Assembly (NCBI RefSeq): GCF_032062105.1
Contig: NW_026936221.1
Coordinates: forward strand, 1 to 64,000
Direction: 5' to 3'
Length of the DNA: 64,000 nt
Origin: Saccostrea cucullata
Lineage: Eukaryota
Positions 53,194 to 64,000 of this stretch are shown one piece after another (the first letter of the stretch is position 1; the number at the start of each line of letters is the position of its first letter). A program made the translations under genes and the position numbers. The notes beneath the pieces were generated by a model. That model did not search any database. It was not told the origin of the DNA and worked only from the letters and a program-made list of their open reading frames with translations.

Positions 53194-54474
53194 TCAAAAT
53201 TTAACAGATATAGCAAATGATACCCAGAAAAAGACAGTAAAAAAATAGAAGTAGTACATTAATACTCTATCATAGGCACGCGCCACACTTTTATAAGTGG
53301 TAACATTGTCCAATTCATCACTTTCTCTGTTTTCCGATTTACTAGTTCCTACACTAGTCTTCACAAACACTACATCTTTGACTTCATTTTCTGCACCAAT
53401 CCTAGCAGATCCGGATTTTTTCTTCTTACAACAATTAAATATAAAATGGAGTTGAAGAAGTTTTAAAACATTCCGTAATTTTCTAGAAACTTTTGCTTCT
53501 GGTTCTTTTAAATGAAGATACATAGTGAATATTGTTAAAATAGTCATGAGTGTGCTCAAACACATCGTAAAAATCAAAAAGTAAGACAGAAGAGCCATAG
53601 GTTCTGATGATTTTGGCATGTTCTCACTGAGTAAAGTCATAAATACAGCAAAAGATAAGAAAATCGTAATTGCATAGGAAATGCGTTCTCCGCTATCCAT
53701 AGGTAAAACAAACACCAATGGATTCAGAAAGGATAGGAGAAGAATCGGGGCCAACATGTTGAGAATGAAATATAGAGACTTTCTTTTCAGAGTCATCGTG
53801 ATGCGTATCCGACACTGGTATTGTCCAAGATTTGACTGGGCCATGTGAGTCTTTATCAAATCCCACTGGCCATTTTTGTTGTAGAAAGAAGTGTCTACAT
53901 TAGTGACATTATTCCATGGAAGCAAGATGGCATCTTCAGGGGTATATCCCCAGAGCATAAAATTAAGCGAGCATTCCTGTGTGTCGAACGGAAACCTGAA
54001 CATGTCAATGCTACAAATGGAAGTAAGTAGTCCACCTGGCACCCATGACATGTTGCCATCCGAATACATCCTTCCGAGAAAATCGCCATCTCCGATAGCT
54101 TCCATTTTATTGGCAGTGTCTATCAGAAACAGCCTTGGGGCCCAAATCTTTTTGAGTGGAACGGGCAAGTTGTCCAGTCCTCCGTAAGTGCTCGGCGACC
54201 ACGCGAGGCGAAAATCATTCCATTCCAGTCTGAAGGCGGCTACCACTGACAGTATTCCGGATATTTCATCTAAATTGTTCAGTGATATTAGATAAACATA
54301 AATGCCCACTTTTGTTGGTTCGGACAGATTCGTCTGAGGACGTAAATCAGGATTATAATTCCCAAATAAGTTTTGGTAAAGAGAGGAACTGTCTGAAAAC
54401 ATTGCTCCCTGAACTCGTGTTCCAAATATAATGCAAATGAGAAACATGGAAGAAATAAACCACATCGTCTTCAT
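53194..54474 (-). CDS. G6: nAChR-like Cys-loop cation channel subunit (second subfamily), non-alpha, single coding exon, 426 aa from first ATG
   Basis: ORF-track start at 54498 is TTG; first ATG is 54474 (MKTMWF); Cys loop CSIDMFRFPFDTQEC, 4 TM, GER-M2. Confidence 0.95.
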   Translation of the reverse strand: MKTMWFISSMFLICIIFGTRVQGAMFSDSSSLYQNLFGNYNPDLRPQTNLSEPTKVGIYVYLISLNNLDEISGILSVVAAFRLEWNDFRLAWSPSTYGGLDNLPVPLKKIWAPRLFLIDTANKMEAIGDGDFLGRMYSDGNMSWVPGGLLTSICSIDMFRFPFDTQECSLNFMLWGYTPEDAILLPWNNVTNVDTSFYNKNGQWDLIKTHMAQSNLGQYQCRIRITMTLKRKSLYFILNMLAPILLLSFLNPLVFVLPMDSGERISYAITIFLSFAVFMTLLSENMPKSSEPMALLSYFLIFTMCLSTLMTILTIFTMYLHLKEPEAKVSRKLRNVLKLLQLHFIFNCCKKKKSGSARIGAENEVKDVVFVKTSVGTSKSENRESDELDNVTTYKSVARAYDRVLMYYFYFFTVFFWVSFAISVKF

Positions 54475-54547
54475 CTGTGTCTTCGTAAAATTCTCCAATC
54501 TAATAACTCCTGATGTTATTTGTCAGACAGGCAGAATAAATAGGACA

Positions 54548-54555
54548 TTTATATA
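54548..54555 (-). promoter_or_regulatory. Candidate TATA box of G6
   Basis: TATATAAA ~75 bp upstream of ATG, conserved at 62680-62687 for G7; TATA-like also at 37050-37057 (G3) and 51082-51088 (G5). Weak evidence in AT-rich DNA. Confidence 0.35.
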
Positions 54556-55093
54556 ATCAACTGCATATTTCAAAATCAGATCAAATGTTAAAGCCCGCTT
54601 TAACATTGATCCCAATCAATGTGAGGATTAATGAAAAAACACCCAGAGGTGACCATGCCAAGTAGAAGGCATGAAAACAAAAAGTGTAAGGTCATATACC
54701 TGAACATTTAAAGGAAATAAGAAACAAATTGTACTTAATTGATAGTGTAAAGAGATTAATTCCTTGTGAAAGATCTTAAGTCAAAGTTTTTACAACATTA
54801 AAATCATATAGCATTTGAAATATTCATGTTTAAGAAATAAGGGTCATTTCACATTTGTTGTAGCTTAAATTGTAATCTTATTTCATTAAATGTCCCAATT
54901 TCGCTATCATTTGAGAAGCGAAAGCGGAAGATCTAATTTTAATTAGATTGCTACTATTATAACCTTTTACATTTTCAAGTTCCAAAACAAAAATAAAACA
55001 TGGGTCGTTGTATTTATATATCCAACTAAAATATGCATTTATATGCTTTCAATAAGAAATACATAAATCTTCTTAGTTGATCAGTTTTAAATA

Positions 55094-57660
55094 TTTTTAA
55101 GCCCCCGTAAAAACGAAGTTTTGGGAGTATAAAGTTTTTTTCGTGTCCGTCCGTCTGTCTGTCTAGCTGTCTCTCTGTTTGTCTGTTTGTCCACAAAAAT
55201 TTTAAACTTGCCCATAACTTTTGATTTAGTGGAGCTATGACTTTCATACTTCACGTGTGTATTCCTTGTGACAAGACCTTTCTTTGGGTACCACCAAATT
55301 TGACCTTGACCTTTGAGTTTTACCCACTTTTACAAAAAATCTCAAATTATTACTTTTGCCATACCTTTTGAACATTAGATACCAGGACATTTATACTACA
55401 CATATATATTCTCTGAGGAAATTTCATTGGGTGCCAACAACCATGACCTTTTGACCTTGACCTTGGAGATTTCCGTCCTTGTAAAAACTAGAACTGTCCA
55501 ATAGGGACAAATACCCCCGCGGGTTTTTCAGAGTAGGTGCAATTTCACAAATATTTATGGATCTATTAAGAGGTGTTCACTATTTTCTTAGAAACAATTG
55601 GAGTCTCCACAAACATACATATACGCACATATCTTTCATGTGGGACATGAATCACTTGATATTTAAAAAATATATATATTTTAAAAATATATATATTTTA
55701 AAATAATATGTATTTTTAAAATATATATATTTTAAAAATATATCAATTTAACTAATTAATCTTCAAAACTTAACCTTTACCAAACAGATTTTAGAAATAG
55801 GAGACTGCATGGCCATCAAATGACAAATGCTATTTAAACTGACCAGCACTTCTGTCCAATTCCCAAAGGATTCAGATAAGAGCTGCTTCATCAGAGATAT
55901 GCTCTAACAGAAATGATTGAGACAGCTAGCTTCCCTACATAGAACTCATTAATTAATCTTTGACTGGAAGCATGTCCACTAATTACTATCATGGGATGAA
56001 TGGATCTTAACTTTCTCCTTTGTAATGCAATCGAAATGCACAATTGCATGTTTCATTCTTAAATTAAATCTGAAAACAAAGATTTTGTATAACTTTGTTA
56101 CAAAGATTTATACTGAAAAAAATTTGTGTAATCTTGATGCATCATTTTGAATAAGGTTCCTGCATGATTATTAGATTTTTAGGGGCTATCTACCAATTTT
56201 TTTTACATACTTGATTCATTTGGATTTGATATCAGACTAAAAGTTTCAATCTGAAATTCGCATGGAGAATGGGCATGGGAAATGATTCCAAAAACACCCC
56301 CCTCCCCCCACACACACAATATGATTAGTTTTAATTATATTACACGAAATCAATTAAGTTTATTATACAACTTCATAGTGTATTATACAATATCCAATTA
56401 GTTTGAAGTTGCTTTTTCTCAAATTCATTAAATAAGTTAGGCTAGTCACTAAAACAATTTTAGACTGAATCCTTAGCCCAGTTCCCAAGAGACAGATAAC
56501 TGCTTGATCTACCAGTTAGCTCCTTACACTAAACTAATTAATTTCTCTCTAACTTGACATGCAATTTTCTGTTATCAAAATTCTCCTTGACCAGTGCTTG
56601 ATAATTATACCCATGGGAGAGGTAGATTTTCTCTTATAAAATAACATTTGTTATGGATTGCTGTAAAGTATATAATGAAATTTTTTTTTTCTTAATTTAA
56701 CATGTTTTAAATAGGGATATTGCAACAGTCTTACATTGTTGAGATTGTGTAATTCAAAAGTAAAAGATAGTGTTTTCTTTTTTAATTTTACTTTAATTAC
56801 TAGTAAAGGTCACAGTGACCTTGAAATAGGTCAGGACACACCCTCTACCCAAGATGCATAAATTGGCCAAGTTTGATGATTGTAAGTCTAACAGTTCTCC
56901 AGTTATAAGCCAAACAAAACAACAAAATAAAAAACAAAAAATGCCTGTAAAATGCACAAAAATCATCCAATCATGATGAAAATAACAGGTGCAAAGCTTC
57001 ATATGGTGAAAAATAAGTGTGCAAGTTTTCAGACAAATCCATCCAATAGTTTCTGAGAAATGGTCCGGACGAAATCTTGTCTACAGACAGATGGACAGAC
57101 GGACAAGCTGATTTCAATATACCCCCCTAAACTTCGTTTGCAGGGGTATAAAAACTTTAACCTTGGCCATAACTTTTGAATAGTAAGGGATAGGGCTTTC
57201 ATACTTCACATATTTAATCCTTGTGAATTTTGACCCTTTGACCTTGACTTTGGAGTTTGACCTTCTTTTATAAAGCAAAGCTTGACATAACTTTTAAAGA
57301 GTTAAGGCTAGTGCTTTCATACTTTAAATATTTAATCCTCGTGACAAGACCTTTCATTTGATAGCAAGACCTTTGACCCTTTGATCTTCGTCTTGGAGTT
57401 TGACGTACTTTTTAAAATTTTTAACCTTAGCTAGGGCTTTCATACTTCACATATGTATTTCTTGGCAAGAACTTTCATTGGATACCAATTATCTTGATCT
57501 TTTGACCTTGACCTTGGAGATTTACTTACTTATGAAAAATCTTTAACATTTACTTTCATATTTCAGAATTGTATTTCCAGTGAGTTTGCATTTAAGAATA
57601 TTTAAATCTTCGCTATGTTGCCAGACGAGGGCATCAGTGTTTCAAAAACACATCTTGTTT
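55094..57660 (+). mobile_element. HINE interrupted by a second, oppositely oriented HINE
   Basis: Start gcccccgtaaaaacgaagttttgggagtata, (GTCC/GTCT)n, tgaccttg repeats, end gtgtttcaaaaacacatcttgtt; empty site at ~51135. Confidence 0.8.
55486..57151 (-). mobile_element. Nested HINE-like element (~1.7 kb)
   Basis: Termini aactagaactgtcc..ggaca and cccctaaacttcgtttgcaggggtataa with (ACAG/ACGG)n; missing from the paralogous host copy at ~63910-63920. Confidence 0.78.
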
Positions 57661-58382
57661 TTCAAAAAATCCTTCTTGATATTCAGTTGTCTCATTTTGC
57701 ATCCAAAGAAAATAAAATGTCTCTTTAAAAATGTTCAGACAGGTATGGGTAATTAGAATTCAATCACTCTAAAATTATAAGCACTTCTTCTGAAGAAAGT
57801 AAAAACACTTTAACAATAAGCATTTTATTTCCTTATTGCACAAAATTTCCACGGTATCTTCGTAGAACTAGGACATTTCTTTGCCATTTTTCTGAACATG
57901 ATTTACATGTTTACATGTTAACATATGATGTTTTAAACTGAGAATATAAACACTTGTCTTCTGTACAAAATAGACTTACGTCAAGACGATAGGAGAAGGT
58001 TCTTCATAGATACTCCCCAAACATTGTCCCCCTATGGTTATAGTATTAGCAGATCAACGATAAAATACAGAGAAGAGTCTTCGGCATTTCATCTCATCAT
58101 TATCATAATACTGATGAGCAAAGAATGTACCGACATGAGTTTTGCAATGTTCGCAATCAAATTATAAAATACCAAACATATTTTTTAAAGTGTATTCTTA
58201 TGTTATCTAGTATAAGAAGCAATGATCGAATTTCTTTGGAATAAAGCCTTCCTCAAATAAGAGGAATTACATCGGTCTGTATTATATATCTGATCTACTA
58301 ACATGACTAATTCATCTCTTATTTCATCTCCTCTTTAATTGCATCTAGTAAATTGCTTTATCATCAAACATGAACATACCAT

Positions 58383-58883
58383 AACAAGAGGCCCAGGGGC
58401 CACATCGCTCACCTGAGCAAATCGGCTAGGAAAAAGCACAGATCAGATCAGAACAGAAAAGTTCACTGAAGGGAGGGAGGCTTGAATTTTAATACTACTT
58501 GAGATTGTCTTCATATTAATACAGCATATGACTTTGCTGTTCTTGATAAAAAGATTTTTTGAAAACATTTTCTTCCTATATATAACTTCATAATAATTTG
58601 AATTTGATTCCTCATTGTTTCCCTCTCTACCCCAAAGGGCCATGATTTGAATAAATTTATATCTTCAATACATGAGGCTGCTTAAATGTCAATATGACTA
58701 AACATAGCTTTTCTGTTCTTAGGATTTTTTCCTTTATTTTTCTAAGTAAAACTTTGATCCACCATTGTGGCCCCATCCTACCCTTGGGGGTTATGATTTG
58801 AACAAATTTAAATCTACACTACCCGAAAATGCTTCCATATAAATACTAGTATTACTAAACACGGTTTTGCTATTCTTGGGAAG

Positions 58884-58923
<40 letters not shown>

Positions 58924-59618
58924 TGTAAAACTTGGATCCCCCATTGTGGCCCACCTATCCCTGGGGGTTATGATGTGAACAAACTAGAATCTATACTACC
59001 TGAGGATGATTCCACATAAGTAAATTATATCTAATCATGGCTTTGAAGTACTTGAGAAGACGATTTTAAAATATTTCCCTATCTAGTCCAATGTAGAACT
59101 TTGATCAGCCATTTTGCCCCTCCCCAACCCCCAGGGGTCATGATTTGAATAAACTTGAATCTACACTACCTGACGATGGTTTAACATAAATTTCATCTTT
59201 CCTGGCCCAGTGATTCCTGAGAAGAAGATTTTTAAAGATTTTTCCTATACATTCCTATATAAAATTTTGATTGGCCATTGCGGAACCACCCTACCCACAG
59301 GGGTCATGATTTGAACAAACTTGAATCCACGCTACATGAGGATGCTTCCACATGAGTTTCATCTTTCCTGGCCCATTGAGTCTTGAGAAGAAGATTTTTA
59401 AAGATTTTCCTTATATACTCCTATGTAAAACTTTGATCAGCCATTGTGGCCCCAACCTACTGGGGGTCATGATTTGAACAAACTTGAATCTACAATACCT
59501 GAGGATGCTTCCACATGAGTTTCATCTTTCCTGGCCTAGTGGTTCTTGAGAAGAAGATTTTTGAAAAATGCCATTAATGTTTCACTAATTCATAATTATC
59601 TCCCCTTGGAAATGGGCC

Positions 59619-59655
<37 letters not shown>

Positions 59656-59758
59656 TAAGGATACTTTGTGGCAAGTTTGGTTGAAATTGCCCCAGTAGTT
59701 CTTGAAAAGAAGATGAAAATGTGAAAAATTTATGACGATGCCGACAACGCCAACGGAA

Positions 59759-59790
<32 letters not shown>

Positions 59791-59804
59791 GGCTTAGTTG
59801 AGCT
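58383..59804 (-). mobile_element. HINE/pearl-type element with diverged ~166-bp repeats and a (TA)n tract
   Basis: Same termini as 28135-29770 (aacaagaggccc..gctcacctgag; agctcacttgagcc); absent from the paralogous spacer at ~51850. Confidence 0.85.
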
Positions 59805-60014
59805 GCAAACTAAAAACTGTGCATCAGTTACCCAAAACAAATGAATGGAAAAGGCCTAAATTTGAAGAAATGGCCGGGGTGTCACTTATTTTTCCGATAT
59901 ATGTATATGTACATTATTAATTATTCAATATACTGTAGAAAACTTTTTGAATGTGCCCCCTCAAAAGTTATGTCTGATAATTTTGTTTTCACCAAAACTT
60001 TTGCTTCATGAGGG

Positions 60015-60180
60015 ATATGGAGATAACGAAAAGTATTCAATATCAAAGTTAAAAAAAACGATAACAAATAGGAACACAGCAAACATTGGCCTCCGAAACA
60101 TCAGAGGTGGGATCAGGTGCCATGGACAAGTGAGCATCCCCTGCCGACCGGTCACTACCGCCATGTGCTCCCTGTCATGA
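60015..60180 (-). mobile_element. Penelope-like 3' tail fragment
   Basis: Reverse complement of the 8610-8775 motif; absent from the paralogous spacer. Confidence 0.75.
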
Positions 60181-60364
60181 TATTATATTGAAAAATTTGA
60201 ATTCTTTATGCCAGTGAAACTTATAAAAAAGAATTTCTCATCATACAAATACTAAACCAATCTGGGGCAAAACACAGGATGTTATTGAGTATTGGGTTCC
60301 AGCAAGGGACGTTTAACGATTTAACAAAGAGTCTTTTTACACAACAGTCAAATTATATTCTTAA

Positions 60365-61108
60365 GAATATCCTCCGCCAGGAAGGATAACTCCAAAAATT
60401 GATATTTAATTTGAAATGCATCAAAATGAAGCTTGAATTTTTTTTTTCATGCAACAATTTTCATTTTATTCATCTTCATAAGATTCAAGATTTTTGGAAG
60501 TCTAGGAAAAGGTCTTAAAAGTTGACATTTGTACCCTATAATAGGAAAAAAATTAATACAGTTTTAGAGAAATAAGATTTATGGATACCTGAATAACATC
60601 ACCTCCTTATTAAAGACAAGACATAACATTCAGTAAAGGAATAGAAGAGGTCATTTATTTATTTTTTTTAACCCAACCTTAGATATCAATGCTTATAAGC
60701 ATGATATGGAATTAGAAGTGATTTGAGGTGTCTTGCAATGATAACAAAGTCATTTACACTATGTAATATAGAATACATGACGGAAATAGAAGACAAAAAA
60801 TACCACATAAGTATAAAAATCATGACATTTGCTAAGAATGTCTGGATATCTATCGTTTTTTGACCTAAAATATATTTGTTGATCAATTTCCAATTAGAAA
60901 ATGCATTGCTTATATTCCTATTTCCTTTTTCCGCAAAAATATTGGAAATTTGACAATTTTCCCTATATAATATAATTAACTTTAATCTTTAACTTTAAAG
61001 AAATACTGTGGATAAATTTACATAGGAACTTTGTGGATTCAAAGATACTTTAATGAGTATTTTTGATTACTTAACTGCTAATTTTATAAACCTGAGGTTC
61101 GTGCTACG
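60365..61108. mobile_element. TTAA-flanked insertion without clear TIRs
   Basis: TTAA at 60361-60364 and 61109-61112; absent from the paralogous spacer at ~52405. Confidence 0.55.
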
Positions 61109-61325
61109 TTAATAAAAATTAATGTCTTGTACTTAAATAGATATTTACATAAGGCGAGGATGATGTGAACAAAATAACATTATCATATAACTTTCATGTG
61201 AGAAATATGTCAAAAATCATATATCATTTACATGAGTAGCAGTGCATCTTTTAAGGAATTCTATATAACGAAAATAAATTACATATGTGTGTTGAACAGT
61301 TTTAAAAACGTCTATGAAACATTCA

Positions 61326-62606
61326 TCAAAATTGAACCGAAACAGCGTATGATATCCAGAAAAAGAAAGTAAAGAAATAGAAGTAGTACATTAATACTCT
61401 ATCATAGGCACGAGCCACACTTTTATAAGTCGTAACATTGTCTAATTCATCACTTTCTCTGTTTTCAAGTTTAGTAGTCCCTACACAAGTCTTCACAAAC
61501 ACTACATCTTTGACTTCATTTTCTGCACCAACGCTAGCAGATCCTGATTTTTTCTTCTTACAACAATTAAATATAAAACGGAGTTGAAGAAGTTTTAAAA
61601 CATTCAGTACTTTTCTAGAAACTTTTGCTTCTGGTTCTTTTAAATGAAGACACATAGTGAATATTGTTAAAATAGTCATGAGTGTGCTCAAACACATCGT
61701 AAAAATCAAAAAGTAAGAAAGAAGAGCCATAGGTTCTGATGATTTTGGCATGTTGTCACTGAGTAGAGTCATAAATACAGCAAAAGATAAGAAAATCGTA
61801 ATTGCATAGGAAATGCGTTCACCGCTATCCATAGGTAAAACGAACACCAATGGATTTAGAAGGGATAGGAGAAGAATTGGGGCCAACATGTTGAGAATGA
61901 AATATAGAGACTTTCTTTTCAGAGTCATCGTGATGCGTATCAGAGTCTGGGATGGACCAAGATTTGACTGGGCCAAGTAAGTCTTCATCAAATCCCACTG
62001 GCCATTTTTGTTGAAAAAAGAAGTGTCTACATTTGTAACATTATTCCATGGAAGCAAGATGGCATCTTCAGAAGTATATCCCCAGAGCGTAAACTTAAGT
62101 GAGCATTCCTGCGTGTCAAACGGAAATCTGAACATGTCAATGCTACATTGGGAAGTAAGTAGTCCACCTGGCACCCATGACATGGTGCCATCAGAATACA
62201 TCCTTCCGAGAAAGTCGCCATCTCCGATAGCTTCCATTTTATTGGCAGTGTCTATCAGAAACAGCCTTGGGGCCCAAATCTTTTTGAGTGGAACGGGCAA
62301 GTTGTCCAGTCCTCCGTAAGTGCTCGGCGACCACGCGAGGCGAAAATCATTCCATTCCAGTCTGAAGGCGGCTACCACTGACAGTATTCCGGATATTTCA
62401 TCTAAATTGTTCAGTGATATTAGATAAACATAAATGCCCACTTTTGTTGGTTCTGACAGATTCGACTGAGGGCGTAAATCTGGATTATAATTCCCAAATA
62501 AGTTTTGGTAAAGAGAGGAACTATCTGAAAACATTGCTCCCTGAACACTTGTTCCAAATAAAATATAAATGAAAAACACTGAAGAAATAAACCACATCGT
62601 CTTCAT
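61326..62606 (-). CDS. G7: nAChR-like Cys-loop cation channel subunit, close paralogue of G6, 426 aa from first ATG
   Basis: ORF-track start at 62630 is TTG; first ATG is 62606; Cys loop CSIDMFRFPFDTQEC, 4 TM, GER-M2. Confidence 0.95.
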   Translation of the reverse strand: MKTMWFISSVFFIYILFGTSVQGAMFSDSSSLYQNLFGNYNPDLRPQSNLSEPTKVGIYVYLISLNNLDEISGILSVVAAFRLEWNDFRLAWSPSTYGGLDNLPVPLKKIWAPRLFLIDTANKMEAIGDGDFLGRMYSDGTMSWVPGGLLTSQCSIDMFRFPFDTQECSLKFTLWGYTSEDAILLPWNNVTNVDTSFFNKNGQWDLMKTYLAQSNLGPSQTLIRITMTLKRKSLYFILNMLAPILLLSLLNPLVFVLPMDSGERISYAITIFLSFAVFMTLLSDNMPKSSEPMALLSYFLIFTMCLSTLMTILTIFTMCLHLKEPEAKVSRKVLNVLKLLQLRFIFNCCKKKKSGSASVGAENEVKDVVFVKTCVGTTKLENRESDELDNVTTYKSVARAYDRVLMYYFYFFTFFFWISYAVSVQF

Positions 62607-63509
62607 CTGTGTCCTCGTAAAATTCTCCAATCTAATAAATCTGGAAGTTATTTGTCAGACACGCAGGTTAAATAGGACATTTATATAATCAACTACATAT
62701 TTTAAGATCAGATCACATGTTAAAGCACGCTTTGACATTGATCCCAATCAATGTGAGGATTAATGAAAAACACCTAGAAGTGACCGTGCGAAGTAGAAGG
62801 AATGAAAACAAAAAGTTTAAGGTCATATACTTGAACATTTAAAGGAAATAAGAAAAAAAATGTACTAAATTGATAGTGTAAAGAGATTAATTCCTGGTTA
62901 GAGATCTTAAGTCAAAAGTTTTTACAACATATAGCATTTGAGATGTTCATGTTTAAGAAATAAGGGTCATTTCACATTTGTTGTTGCTTAAATTGCAATC
63001 TTTTAAATTAATGTCCCGATTCCGCTTTCATTTCAGAAGTGTTAACGGAACATCTAATTTTAATTAGATTACTACTTTTATAACTGTTTACATTTTCAAG
63101 TTCCAAAACAAAAATAAAACATGGGTCATTGTATTTATATATCCAACTAAATTATGCATTTCTATGCTTTCAATAAGAAATGCATAAATCCACATGTAAC
63201 GCATAGACAATTTTTTGTTGTTTCATTGAAAGAATTTCACAATTTAGACACAAAAACACATGTCAAAGCACTTGATTTGACACAAAATGCTCACATGGTT
63301 GGAAACTGAGTGGGCAAACAAAATTACCAAATGTCACTAAATCTGACTCTGTTTCTGTAACCCAAGTCCTGGGTTCTTCGCCAATTTTCTTTCAGACAAC
63401 CTTTGTAGAAATACACGTTATCTGCATGAAACTGTTGGATGTTCAAAAATATATCTAGTTTATTGGTAAGCCCAATATATAAACCTTTTCTTCGTTGATC
63501 AGTTTTAAA

Positions 63510-64000
63510 TATTTTATGCCCCCATAAACGAAGTTTTCGGGGTATAAAGTTTTTGTAGTGTCCGTCCGTCTGTCTGTCTCTCTATCTAGCTGTCTCTCTG
63601 TCTGTCTGTTTGTCCGCAAAAACTTTAATCTTGTCCATAACTTTTGATTTCGTGGAGCTATGACTTTTATACTTCACATGTGTATTCTTTGTGACAAGAC
63701 CTTTCTTTGAGTACCACCAAATTTGACCTTGACTTTGGAGTATAACCCACTTTTATACAAAAATCTCAAACTTTTACTTTGGCAATATCTTTTGAACAGT
63801 AGATACCAGGATATTTATACTTCACATTTATGTTTTCTGCGAAAAGACCTTTCATTGGGTACCAACAATCATGACCTTTTGACCTTGACCTTGGAGATTT
63901 CCGTCCTTGTAAAAAAAACTTAATCCTTGGCTTAACTTTTGAATACTAAGGGATAGGGCTTTCATACTTCACATATGTAATCCTTGTGAGAAGACCCTTC
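63510..64000 (+). mobile_element. HINE, paralogous insertion to 55094-57660, cut by the window end
   Basis: Same flank (gttgatcagttttaaatatttt) and same internal sequence, without the nested element. Confidence 0.85.

Noticed and set aside
53845-54187. Antisense and alternate-frame ORFs overlapping receptor genes (also 6297-6569, 35799-36002, 46471-46855, 47319-47573, 49848-50126, 62008-62319)
   Set aside because: Shadows of the conserved coding strand, often with non-ATG starts and no domain features
55664-55743. AT-rich palindromic repeat as a functional element
   Set aside because: Simple aaaatatatatatttt slippage inside a nested transposon

Overview
AT-rich eukaryotic DNA, most likely a bivalve mollusc (oyster-like, judged from HINE/pearl-type elements carrying ~166-bp satellite units, V/Meta-type SINEs and Penelope-like relics). 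The core of the window is a tandem, same-strand (minus) cluster of seven single-coding-exon Cys-loop pentameric ligand-gated ion channel genes of the nicotinic acetylcholine receptor (nAChR) type, labelled G1-G7 here. Six are intact (~422-426 aa). G2 is split by a perfect 35-bp duplication. All have a signal peptide, a C-x13-C Cys loop, four TM helices and an identical cation-type pore (GER...SYAITIFLSFAVFMTLLS). All lack most of the acetylcholine-binding aromatic box: no loop C YxCC, and loop A Tyr and loop D Trp are replaced. They diverge mainly in the ligand-binding loops. Best candidate for an undescribed system: a diversifying, non-cholinergic, probably chemosensory receptor array, analogous to cephalopod chemotactile receptors (function is inference). 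The spacers record the duplication history and carry many nested transposons: a decayed mariner, MITEs, HINEs, SINEs, Penelope-like RT relics and hairpin elements. Identity figures and substitution counts are manual estimates.
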